64,000 nt of DNA from an uncultured SAR86 cluster bacterium (lineage in GTDB: Bacteria; Pseudomonadota; Gammaproteobacteria; Magnimaribacterales; D2472), in the NCBI GenBank assembly GCA_902557645.1, contig CACEAP010000003.1, positions 135,936-199,935 on the forward strand, given 5' to 3'. Made by a program: the position numbers and the translations under genes. Positions within the stretch are counted from its first letter, which is position 1. Every line of letters starts with the position of its first letter. The notes beneath the pieces were generated by a model. That model searched no databases, had not been told where the DNA came from, and was given only the letters and a program-made list of their open reading frames with translations. This document shows positions 11,703 through 20,792 of the stretch, piece after piece.

Positions 11703-12977
11703 TTATCTTTTTCTTGAAGAGGGTATGTTTAATTTCAATCTATATTTAGAAATAGTTCTTCTGGCCAAACTGTATCCTTTTTTATTTAGAATTATGGATA
11801 TATCTTGATCACTTAATTTTGATTTTTCTGTTTCAATTATTTTTTTAATAATTTCCATTAATTGAATAGGTGTAACATTTCTTGTTTTTGATACAGAGCT
11901 TATTAAAAAAGATCTAAGAGGAATAACACCCTTTGGAGTTTGTATATACTTTGATCTCAATATACGAGATATAGTTGATGGATGTAATCCCAATTCATCT
12001 GAAATATTTTTATTTGACAATGGCTGCATTTCAAGTGTTTTATTATTAAAAAATGCATATTGTTTTTTACAAATAATTTCACCAACTTTCAAAACTGTTT
12101 CATTTCGTTTTTTAACAGATCTAAGAAGCCACTTAGCATCTTGAATTTTTTCTACAATGCTTTCATTAGGATTATTTTTTAACTCTTTTTTTGTTGAATT
12201 AATTAATTCATCATCAACTCTTATAACTGGAAAATAATCATTTATAAAAGTTACTTGATTATCATCAGACTCTGAGATTGTTAAATCAGGATATATGAAC
12301 TGAGTTTCAATGTGATTTAATCCTGGCGCAAGATCACATTGCTTAATTAAAGACATAGCAGCATCAATTAATTCATTTTTATATATTGTTTTTAATTTTT
12401 TTTTAACAGATTCAATATCTAGGCCTGAATTTTCAAAAAGAATTTGCTCAATTATTTCTAATAGGTTTTGCTCAATATGTTTTCTTTTAAGTTGAATATA
12501 AATACATTCTTTGATATTTCTAAAGCCTACACCTGGGGGGTCTAAAGTATGAATTACATTGGTTAAGACATTTTCTATTTCTGAGTATAAAAATTTATAC
12601 TCAAGCATATTCTCAATTTCATCTATACTATCTATTAGTTCACCTGAATCATCAAGACAATCAATTATTGCGCTAGATATCTCATTCTCAGTTTCATTAA
12701 GATTAAGGTCATTAACTTGATTCAATAAAATATTTCTAAGTGTTGGATTTTCAACTATCTCTTTTGAATATTCAGATTGAAATGATTGATCATATTCTGA
12801 ATATTCAAATGGTTCTTGATCAACTTTCTCAAGAAATGGATTAATATTTATCTCTTCATTAATCCTTTGAATAATCTCATATCGCGATAGCTGGAGTAGA
12901 TCAATAGACTTTTTGAGTTGCGGCGTTAGCGTAACTTTTTGTTTTTGAGCTAATTCCCTTATTAAAGAAATAGCCAT
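11703..12977 (-). CDS. rpoN: RNA polymerase sigma-54 factor
   Basis: Region I LTPQLKKSIDLLQL, HTH LGLHPSTISR, RpoN box ARRTISKYR. Confidence 0.93.
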   Translation of the reverse strand: MAISLIRELAQKQKVTLTPQLKKSIDLLQLSRYEIIQRINEEININPFLEKVDQEPFEYSEYDQSFQSEYSKEIVENPTLRNILLNQVNDLNLNETENEISSAIIDCLDDSGELIDSIDEIENMLEYKFLYSEIENVLTNVIHTLDPPGVGFRNIKECIYIQLKRKHIEQNLLEIIEQILFENSGLDIESVKKKLKTIYKNELIDAAMSLIKQCDLAPGLNHIETQFIYPDLTISESDDNQVTFINDYFPVIRVDDELINSTKKELKNNPNESIVEKIQDAKWLLRSVKKRNETVLKVGEIICKKQYAFFNNKTLEMQPLSNKNISDELGLHPSTISRILRSKYIQTPKGVIPLRSFLISSVSKTRNVTPIQLMEIIKKIIETEKSKLSDQDISIILNKKGYSLARRTISKYRLKLNIPSSRKR

Positions 12978-12980
12978 AGT

Positions 12981-13700
12981 CTAAGAATACATTTCACCAA
13001 GATAAACTTCTTTTACCTTGTCGTTATTAATTAATTCATTTGTAGATCCTTCAGCAAGTATTTTACCCTCACTTAAAATCAATGCTCTATTGCATATCTC
13101 AAGGGCAGCCCCAACATTATGATCAGTAACAAGAATACTTATATCCTTTGTAACAAGTTTATTAAGTATTTTTTTTATATCATCAACAGCGATAGGATCT
13201 ATGCCTGCAAAAGGCTCATCCATTAGAATCATATTAGGTTTTGTTACAAGACACCTTGCAATTTCAACCCTTCTTCTTTGACCGCCAGATAATTCTCTTC
13301 CTTTCTGATCTAAAATTTTAGATAAATTAAACTCTTCCACAACTTCATCAAAAATATTTTTAATTAAATTCGTATCAGGAGATGATAGTTGAGCTAAACC
13401 AAGAATATTATGTTTTACAGATAAGTTAAGAAATATTGATGACTCCTGTGGTAAATAAGACATTCCAAGCTTTGACCGGCCATGCATTGGCATGTCGGTA
13501 ACATTCTCATTATTAAAAAATATCTCACCTTCCGAAGGCTTTATTAGTCCTGCTATTGTGTAAAAGGTCGTTGTTTTACCAGCTCCATTAGGACCAAGAA
13601 GACCTAATATCTCTGAACTATTAAGCACAAAATTAATATTTTCTATGATAATTCTATTTTTAATTTTCTTTGATAAATTACTAACCCTCAAAATAGTCAT
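12981..13700 (-). CDS. lptB: LPS export ABC ATPase LptB
   Basis: GLLGPNGAGKTT, YLPQESSIF, LSGGQRRRVEIAR, DEPFAGIDP; upstream of rpoN. Confidence 0.95.
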   Translation of the reverse strand: MTILRVSNLSKKIKNRIIIENINFVLNSSEILGLLGPNGAGKTTTFYTIAGLIKPSEGEIFFNNENVTDMPMHGRSKLGMSYLPQESSIFLNLSVKHNILGLAQLSSPDTNLIKNIFDEVVEEFNLSKILDQKGRELSGGQRRRVEIARCLVTKPNMILMDEPFAGIDPIAVDDIKKILNKLVTKDISILVTDHNVGAALEICNRALILSEGKILAEGSTNELINNDKVKEVYLGEMYS

Positions 13701-13702
13701 AA

Positions 13703-14116
13703 TTATTCCATAATTTTACCGTTCTGCTGATTAAATTTTATTGAAGAGGATTTAAATTTAATGCCGTCATTCTCAAATACGGCATCACCAAATAATTCAA
13801 TACTATTATCAGCATTAATAAAGATAGTTTCCGCACTACCTGAAAATGTATTTTCAGAAGAATTTGAAAAAATATTCGCCTTATTGCCGGTAATATTTAA
13901 TATTTTTTTCTGATTATTAAATACAGCATTACTTCCTGAGATTAAAATATATTCATTTTTTATTTTTAACATATCTTTAAAAAGTATCTCATTATTCTCT
14001 GTATTAATTTCTATTCTTTTAGATTCAATATATATATCGCTTTCACCAATTGTTATGTTGGTATTACTATAAGAAAATATAGAAAAAAGAAGTATTAGAA
14101 GATAATTAATTTTCAA
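13703..14116 (-). CDS. lptA: LptA/OstA-like periplasmic LPS transport protein (short)
   Basis: Signal peptide plus beta-jellyroll-like sequence; lies between kdsD and lptB. Confidence 0.65.
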   Translation of the reverse strand: MKINYLLILLFSIFSYSNTNITIGESDIYIESKRIEINTENNEILFKDMLKIKNEYILISGSNAVFNNQKKILNITGNKANIFSNSSENTFSGSAETIFINADNSIELFGDAVFENDGIKFKSSSIKFNQQNGKIME

Positions 14117-15082
14117 TTATACAATTCCAGATTGAAGTAAATCGTGCATGGATATGACACCAATAGCTTTATTAGAATCAAAAACAACTAGTGTAAAAAT
14201 TTTGTTACTTTCCATAATTTTTGCAGCATTAATTGCAAGTTCATTTGATTGAATAGATTTAAAATTTTTAGTCATTACTTCTTTGATGATAGTGCTATTA
14301 ATATCCATTTTATTACCAATACATCTTCTCAAATCACCATCAGTAAAAATACCAACTATTTTGTTATCATCTTTTATCAAAGTCATACCTAGATTTTTGT
14401 TAGTAATTTCTAATATTGCATCACTTAGAGAAGCCTTGAGGTTTACATTAGGCATATCAATTCCTGAATGCATTATGTCTGATACCTGAAGCGTTAAAGC
14501 TTTTCCAAGCTTTCCTGCAGGATGAGATTTTGCAAAATCATCTTTTGTAAAACCTTTAGCTTGCAATAGTGTAACTGCAAGAGCATCTCCAAATGCCATT
14601 ACTGATGTAGTAGAAGAGGTTGGAGCTAAGTCTAGAGAACAGGCTTCTTCAGATGTTTTTATTTCAATATGATTATCCGATGCACAAGCAATAGTTGATG
14701 ATGCATTTCCAGTTACTGAAATTAATTTCTTAGATGATCTTTTTAAAGAAGGGAGTATAGAAATAATTTCTTGAGTTTCTCCTGAATTTGAGAACAAAAG
14801 AATCAAATCTTCTTTTTCAATCATACCCATATCACCATGAGCAGCTTCAGTAGGATGAATAAAGAATGAAGGCGTTCCAGTGCTTGATAATGTAGCCGCT
14901 ACTTTTTGAGAAATATGTCCAGATTTCCCTACACCCATTAGTATTAATTTTCCTGACATATTAAGAATATCCTCACACAGAGCATCAAAGGTTTCGTTTA
15001 GTTGCTCAGCTACCTCAAGAACAACTCTAGCTTCAATTTCAAATATTCTCTTTGCAGCTTGAATATAATTAAACTTTTTCAT
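14117..15082 (-). CDS. kdsD: Arabinose-5-phosphate isomerase (SIS + CBS)
   Basis: GVGKSGHI, HPTEAAHGDMG, APTSSTT, HPAGKLG, GIFTDGDLRR. Confidence 0.95.
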   Translation of the reverse strand: MKKFNYIQAAKRIFEIEARVVLEVAEQLNETFDALCEDILNMSGKLILMGVGKSGHISQKVAATLSSTGTPSFFIHPTEAAHGDMGMIEKEDLILLFSNSGETQEIISILPSLKRSSKKLISVTGNASSTIACASDNHIEIKTSEEACSLDLAPTSSTTSVMAFGDALAVTLLQAKGFTKDDFAKSHPAGKLGKALTLQVSDIMHSGIDMPNVNLKASLSDAILEITNKNLGMTLIKDDNKIVGIFTDGDLRRCIGNKMDINSTIIKEVMTKNFKSIQSNELAINAAKIMESNKIFTLVVFDSNKAIGVISMHDLLQSGIV

Positions 15083-15127
15083 AATTCCATATAATTTTTC
15101 TTACATTTCAAATGATATAATAGAGCA

Positions 15128-15742
15128 ATGTTACCTAGACTTAAAAGTTATTTTCTATCAATTTTTGTTTTAGCAATATCATTTGATATTTTTGCTGAAA
15201 TAAATCCTCATGAATTTATTGATGGCAAAGCACAAGAAATGGTAAATGTTTTAAAAGAGAATAATGAACTTTTTTATTCTGATAAAGATGCATATGAGAA
15301 TAAAATCAAAGTTATATTTGAACCAATTATTGATTTTAGAAGAGTTTCAGCTTTGGTAATGGGTAAAAAATATTATGTTGCATCTTCAAAAGAACAGCGC
15401 ACTAAGTTTATTCAGGTTTTTAAGGATTCTCTTTTAGATACTTATTCAGAAACACTTGCTCAGTGGCAAGATCAAAATATCATTACTATTTTCCCAGAAA
15501 ATGATAAATATGAAAAACAAGTAAATGTTAAGCAAAATTTATACACATCAAGCAGCGTCTATCCAATTAAGTACACTTTGAGAAGAGATGGAGACGAATG
15601 GAAAATAATCAATATTGTTGTCAATGGAGTAAATCTTGGATTAACATTTCGTAATCAATTTAGGGCGCTTGCTGATAGCAATAATGGAGATATGGATTTA
15701 ACCATAGCATCTTGGGTTTCAGATGCAGGATTCGATGAATAA
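15128..15742 (+). CDS. mlaC: Periplasmic phospholipid-binding protein MlaC/Ttg2D
   Basis: Signal peptide, WKIINIVVNGVNLGLTFRNQF motif; upstream of bolA-murA. Confidence 0.88.
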   Translation: MLPRLKSYFLSIFVLAISFDIFAEINPHEFIDGKAQEMVNVLKENNELFYSDKDAYENKIKVIFEPIIDFRRVSALVMGKKYYVASSKEQRTKFIQVFKDSLLDTYSETLAQWQDQNIITIFPENDKYEKQVNVKQNLYTSSSVYPIKYTLRRDGDEWKIINIVVNGVNLGLTFRNQFRALADSNNGDMDLTIASWVSDAGFDE

Positions 15743-15962
15743 AGCAAATATCAAAGAGAAAATTCAAGCAGCTTTTCCTGATGCTAGGCTAGAGTTCGTG
15801 GGAGATGATTGCAAGCTAGAGCTATTAGTCATTTCTGATAATTTTAGAGATATGTCAATAATTAAAAGACATAGGATGATACTTGATTTATTTAGCGAAT
15901 CTTTTAAATCAGGTGAGCTGCATGCTTTAAGTCTAAAAACAAAAACCTATATGGAAATCTAA
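15735..15962 (+). CDS. ibaG: BolA/IbaG family protein
   Basis: VISDNF...RHRMI...LHALSLKT; immediately upstream of murA. Start ATG at 15735. Confidence 0.85.
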   Translation: MNKANIKEKIQAAFPDARLEFVGDDCKLELLVISDNFRDMSIIKRHRMILDLFSESFKSGELHALSLKTKTYMEI

Positions 15963-17221
15963 TGGAAAAGCTTTTAATTAAGGGTGGAAATTCTCTTAAA
16001 GGAGAGATTTCTTGTTCAGGTGCAAAGAATGCTGCTTTGCCAATGATAGCTGCAACTATTCTGAATGATGAGGAAATAATCTTTAGAAATCTTCCTTATC
16101 TTCAAGATATTACTACTATGTTTGAATTATTAGGCTCTATGGGAGCTAATATTTCTCTTGATGAGAGCATGGATTTCTCAATTTGTGCTAATAAATTAAC
16201 TGATTTAGAGGCTAGATATGAATTAGTTAAAACAATGCGAGCCTCAATTCTTGTATTAGGACCTATGGTTACCAAATATGGATATGCAAAGATTGCATTG
16301 CCTGGAGGTTGTGCTATTGGATCTCGACCAGTTAATTTTCATCTAGATGCATTAAAAAAACTAGGTGCATCAATTTCTTTAGAGAACGGTTATATACAAG
16401 CTAAAGCTGACCGGCTAATTGGTGCTGATATTGTATTTGATGGAATTACTGTTACTGGAACAGAAAATATTATGATGGCAGCTTGTTTGGCCAAAGGCAA
16501 AACAACATTAAGAAACGTTGCCATGGAGCCTGAAGTTTCTGATTTAGCAGATTTTCTAAATCTAATGGGTGCTAAAATTAAAGGGGCGGGAAGTGAATTG
16601 ATTGAAATTGAAGGAGTTGAAAATTTAAATTCGACAACCTATACAATACCTGCAGACAGAATTGAAGCTGGCACTTATCTTGTTGCAGCTGCTGCTACTG
16701 GAGGAGAAATAAAAATAAATTCAATTCAGCCAGAAAGACTTAATAATGTTATTGAAAGACTTAAGCTTGCTGGAGCTTTAATAGAAGTTAATACTAACAG
16801 TATTAGCTTGAACATGAATAATAAAAGGCCATTACCTGTAGATATATCAACTTCACCATTTCCTGGATTCCCAACAGATATGCAAGCTCAATTTTCTGTC
16901 TTAAATGCTTTAGCAGATGGAGAATCCATAGTTGAAGAGAATGTTTTTGAAAATAGATTTATGCATGTTCAAGAACTTAATAGAATGGGATGCAATATTT
17001 CTACTTCAGGAAATATTGCTAAAATTATTGGAGTTAATAAAATTTCTGGTGCTCAGGTTATGGCTACAGATCTAAGAGCTTCTGCAAGTTTAATTCTTGC
17101 AGGTTTAGTTGCTAATGGTGAAACTGTAGTTGATAGGATTTATCATATTGATAGGGGTTATGAGAGAATTGAAGAGAAGCTTTCTTATCTTGGGGCTGAC
17201 ATCACCCGATTGCCTAGTTAA
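15962..17221 (+). CDS. murA: UDP-N-acetylglucosamine 1-carboxyvinyltransferase
   Basis: SGAKNAALP, LPGGCAIGSRP, FPGFPTDMQAQ, ATDLRAS. Confidence 0.97.
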   Translation: MEKLLIKGGNSLKGEISCSGAKNAALPMIAATILNDEEIIFRNLPYLQDITTMFELLGSMGANISLDESMDFSICANKLTDLEARYELVKTMRASILVLGPMVTKYGYAKIALPGGCAIGSRPVNFHLDALKKLGASISLENGYIQAKADRLIGADIVFDGITVTGTENIMMAACLAKGKTTLRNVAMEPEVSDLADFLNLMGAKIKGAGSELIEIEGVENLNSTTYTIPADRIEAGTYLVAAAATGGEIKINSIQPERLNNVIERLKLAGALIEVNTNSISLNMNNKRPLPVDISTSPFPGFPTDMQAQFSVLNALADGESIVEENVFENRFMHVQELNRMGCNISTSGNIAKIIGVNKISGAQVMATDLRASASLILAGLVANGETVVDRIYHIDRGYERIEEKLSYLGADITRLPS

Positions 17222-18233
17222 TTGGCTCAGTTTTTATCGATAATAATTTCTGTACTCCATCATTAAGGACCTCTAAATCAATAATATCTCCAGGAAAAGC
17301 TAATTTAAGGGATTGAGTTAAGTTATTCCAAGTGCTTGGTTTATCATTAATTTTAATAATGATATCTCCTTGATTAATACCAGCTGCAATGAGTGGACCA
17401 TCACTTCCAATTTCAATAATCTCTAAGGCCATTAAATTGTTCTTTAGTCTAATTGGCTTTACTCTAAAGTTTCCTATCCATGCATTTCTTACCTTGCCAA
17501 ACTTAATCAATTCAGATGCTATCTGAAAAACCTTTTCGGAAGGAATAGCAAATCCTAATCCCTCATATGAACCAGTTTTAGAGTAAATCTTTGTATTAAT
17601 ACCGATTAAATAACCTTCTTCATTAATTAATGCTCCACCTGAATTTCCTGGATTTATAGCAGCATCTGTTTGTATTAACTCTAGATATGGATTTCCATAA
17701 TCTCTTCCTGTTGCACTTATTATGCCGCTAGTAACCGAAAGACCTATGTTATATGGATTTCCAATCGCTAGAACTTTATCACCAACTCTTACCTCTGAGC
17801 TATTTCCAATTTCTACTTGAACCATTGGAAAATTAACATCTGTCTTAATTACTGCTATATCAGAATCATTATCTTGACCAACTAAGATACCTTCACTAAT
17901 CTCGCCATTATTATGCCCAATTATAATTTTTCCATTTGGAATCATTAGATGGCTGTTAGTAACAATATGGCCTTCACTAGAGATTATTACTCCTGAGCCA
18001 ATATTCTCAGAATTAGTGTATCTGTTTCTTTGAAATAAATTTCTTGGAGTATTGATATTACTAGATGTATAAATTGTTACTACCGAAGCAATTGCTTTTT
18101 CTGAAGCATTTACAAATTTATTATCATTCTTTATTGAAAATTGTGATAATACGATTACTAAAAACAACACAAATAATAATAAATATATAATCTTATTATT
18201 AACAAATAAGATCTGATTAATTTTTTTTTGCAT
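17214..18233 (-). CDS. degS: DegS/AlgW-like HtrA serine protease (TM, trypsin, one PDZ)
   Basis: GSGVI, VTNSH, DIAVI, IQTDAAINPGNSGGAL. Confidence 0.85.
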   Translation of the reverse strand: MQKKINQILFVNNKIIYLLLFVLFLVIVLSQFSIKNDNKFVNASEKAIASVVTIYTSSNINTPRNLFQRNRYTNSENIGSGVIISSEGHIVTNSHLMIPNGKIIIGHNNGEISEGILVGQDNDSDIAVIKTDVNFPMVQVEIGNSSEVRVGDKVLAIGNPYNIGLSVTSGIISATGRDYGNPYLELIQTDAAINPGNSGGALINEEGYLIGINTKIYSKTGSYEGLGFAIPSEKVFQIASELIKFGKVRNAWIGNFRVKPIRLKNNLMALEIIEIGSDGPLIAAGINQGDIIIKINDKPSTWNNLTQSLKLAFPGDIIDLEVLNDGVQKLLSIKTEPIN

Positions 18234-18234
18234 T

Positions 18235-19281
18235 ATGTCGATTCATAAAAATATTATTAACATATTAAAATCTAAAGGTATTACTTTAGACCGGCCACAA
18301 ATTGATTTTATTGAAATTTTTGATAAGCACAAGCCAAAAAAGTCTAAATTATTTTTAGGGGGTTCAAAGAATGTTTTAAAAGGCTTTTATTTATGGGGGG
18401 ATGTTGGGAGAGGTAAGACTCTTCTTTTAAATACAATCTTCGATGAGCTAGATCTTAAAAAATCTAAATTTCATTACATAGATTTTATGCATTCCATTCA
18501 TGAAGATCTTAAAGAGCTTTCTGGAAAAAAAAATCCATTAGATCTGATTGCAGACAAATTAGCTGCCAAGCATGAATTAATTTTTATAGATGAGTTTCAG
18601 GTAGAGGATGTTGCTGATGCGATGCTAATAACAAATTTATTTCAAAGAATCTTCAAGAAAAATATTTATTTTTTAATATCATCTAATGCCCATCCATCTA
18701 ATCTTTATTTAGATGGATTGCAAAGGCAAAAATTCTTATCTGCGGTTAATCTTATTATTGATTATTTAAATGTATATAAATTAGAAGGAGCTAAAGATTA
18801 TAGAATTTCTTTAATTTCAGATTTTGGCAATAATTCTAAAGAAACATTTAATGAAGAAAAAATAAAAGACTTTATATCTGCAACATTTGAATGTGATGAA
18901 TTTAAAAAAGAGGTTGATATAAATAAAAGAACATTTTGTTGTAATGGTCATAGCAATTCATTTATTTGGCTTGGTTTCAATGTTTTTTTTAAAGAAGCAT
19001 CTAGTTCGAAGGAATATATAGAAATATGTAATAAATATGATTGGATTTTAATAAATAATTTTGTTTTATGTGACGACGATGAAGCAGACTTAATCAGAAG
19101 ATTTATAAGTTTTATTGATATAGCTTATAAAGAGAATATAAAAGTTAAATTTTTTAATGAAGGTTTAAATCCAGAAGATATCTATACCGGAAATAGATTT
19201 CAGTATTTATGGCAGAGATCAAAGAGTAGAATTAACGAAATGAAAAGTAAAAAATATTTATTAAATTCAGGGAAAAATTAA
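18235..19281 (+). CDS. zapE: AFG1/ZapE family ATPase
   Basis: YLWGDVGRGKT, FIDEFQVEDVADAM, LYLDGLQR, RRFISFID. Confidence 0.92.
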   Translation: MSIHKNIINILKSKGITLDRPQIDFIEIFDKHKPKKSKLFLGGSKNVLKGFYLWGDVGRGKTLLLNTIFDELDLKKSKFHYIDFMHSIHEDLKELSGKKNPLDLIADKLAAKHELIFIDEFQVEDVADAMLITNLFQRIFKKNIYFLISSNAHPSNLYLDGLQRQKFLSAVNLIIDYLNVYKLEGAKDYRISLISDFGNNSKETFNEEKIKDFISATFECDEFKKEVDINKRTFCCNGHSNSFIWLGFNVFFKEASSSKEYIEICNKYDWILINNFVLCDDDEADLIRRFISFIDIAYKENIKVKFFNEGLNPEDIYTGNRFQYLWQRSKSRINEMKSKKYLLNSGKN

Positions 19282-19299
19282 ATTAAATATATTAAAATA

Positions 19300-19328
19300 T
19301 TGCTAATTATTTCCGTAAACATTACTAT
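19300..19328 (+). promoter_or_regulatory. Putative sigma-70 promoter of rplM-rpsI
   Basis: TTGCTA-17 nt-TACTAT upstream of the rplM start. Confidence 0.5.
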
Positions 19329-19351
19329 TGCCGTCTTATAATATAGGTCAC

Positions 19352-19786
19352 ATGAAAACATTTGCATTAAAAAAGGAAGAAGTTCAAAGAGAATGGTTTG
19401 TTATTGATGTAACAGACAAGGTTCTAGGAAGAGTTGCAACTAAGATTGCAGATAGAATTCGCGGTAAAGATAAGCCAACATATACTCCACATACTGATGG
19501 TGGGGATTATGTTGTTGTGATTAATGCTGAAAAGATTAAAGTTACTGGTTCTAAATATGAAGATAAAAAATATTATTCACATTCTTTATATCCGGGAGGA
19601 CTAAAAACAAAAACTTTCAGAGAACTTAATGAGACTAAGCCTGAAAGAATCATTGAAGAGGCAGTAAAAGGGATGCTTCCAAAAAATAAACTAGGAAAGC
19701 AAATGTTTAAAAAATTAAAAGTTTTTAGTGGCGCGCAGCACGAGCATGAGTCACAACAACCTCAGCTTTGGGAACCAAAAATATGA
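19352..19786 (+). CDS. rplM: 50S ribosomal protein L13
   Basis: MKTF...LGRVAT...YTPHTDGGD...VKGMLPKN; ATG at 19352 after AGGT. Confidence 0.97.
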   Translation: MKTFALKKEEVQREWFVIDVTDKVLGRVATKIADRIRGKDKPTYTPHTDGGDYVVVINAEKIKVTGSKYEDKKYYSHSLYPGGLKTKTFRELNETKPERIIEEAVKGMLPKNKLGKQMFKKLKVFSGAQHEHESQQPQLWEPKI

Positions 19787-20175
19787 AATCAGAAATGCAT
19801 TACGCTACAGGAAGAAGAAAGACTTCATCTGCAAGAATTTATCTAACAAAAGGCAAGGGCAATATTACTGTTAATGATAGAAAGCTAGATGTTTATTTTG
19901 GAAGAAAGGTAGCACAGATGCTTGTAATGCAGCCTTTAGAATTAACTGAATCAATTGATAAGTTTGATATTAAAGTGATGGTAAAAGGTGGCGGCAGTTT
20001 TGGACAAGCTGGAGCTATTAGACATGGCATTTCTAGAGCTTTAATTTCTTACGATGAAGAATTAAGGCCTCAACTTAAATCAGCTGGACTTCTTACAAGA
20101 GATCCTAGAAAGGTTGAAAGAAAGAAAGCAGGTTTAGTTAAAGCAAGGAAAAGCAAACAGTTTTCAAAACGTTAA
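19783..20175 (+). CDS. rpsI: 30S ribosomal protein S9
   Basis: [26 protein letters not shown]-terminal QFSKR; ATG at 19783. Confidence 0.97.
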   Translation: MKSEMHYATGRRKTSSARIYLTKGKGNITVNDRKLDVYFGRKVAQMLVMQPLELTESIDKFDIKVMVKGGGSFGQAGAIRHGISRALISYDEELRPQLKSAGLLTRDPRKVERKKAGLVKARKSKQFSKR

Positions 20176-20219
20176 AAGTTTTTCAAGAGTTATACATTTT
20201 TTAACTTTAGGAGAAGACA

Positions 20220-20792
20220 ATAAACTCAAGAAGAAAAGTATTGATAGGGCTTACCTCAGCATTTGGTGCTGCTGGCGTTCCTTTCGCTGCTACACCATTT
20301 ATTGCATCATGGAATCCAAGCGCATCCGCAAAAGCTGTTGGGGCTCCTGTAAAAGTTGACATAACGAAATTAGCGCCTGGTCAACAGATTCAAGTTGGAT
20401 GGCGTAAACAGCCTATTTTTGTAATTAGGCATTCTGCTGAGGCTATAAAGAATTTGGATTCAAGCTTATCTAAATTAGCTGATCCTAATTCTGATGCAAT
20501 TGATGAGCCATATAAAAACCAAAATCCTACTAGGTCTAAAAGTTCTGAATATAGTGTTTTAGTTGGTGTATGCACGCATTTAGGTTGTTCACCAAAATTC
20601 TTTCCAGAAGTTGAACCTAAATCGTGGGATGCTTCATGGACAGGGGGTTATTTTTGTCCATGTCATGGCTCTACATTTGATTTAGTTGGGAGAGTTTTTA
20701 AAGGTGTTCCTGCACCTACAAATTTAAAAGTCCCTCCACATAATTTTAAGGGCAATATATTAACTATTGGAGAAGATGAGGAAATGTCATAA
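20220..20792 (+). CDS. petA: Ubiquinol-cytochrome c reductase Rieske Fe-S subunit
   Basis: CTHLGC and CPCHGS motifs. Tat motif SRRKVL lies in frame upstream of the TTG at 20241; start placed at ATA 20220 behind AGGAGA (see findings). Confidence 0.93.
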   Translation: MNSRRKVLIGLTSAFGAAGVPFAATPFIASWNPSASAKAVGAPVKVDITKLAPGQQIQVGWRKQPIFVIRHSAEAIKNLDSSLSKLADPNSDAIDEPYKNQNPTRSKSSEYSVLVGVCTHLGCSPKFFPEVEPKSWDASWTGGYFCPCHGSTFDLVGRVFKGVPAPTNLKVPPHNFKGNILTIGEDEEMS

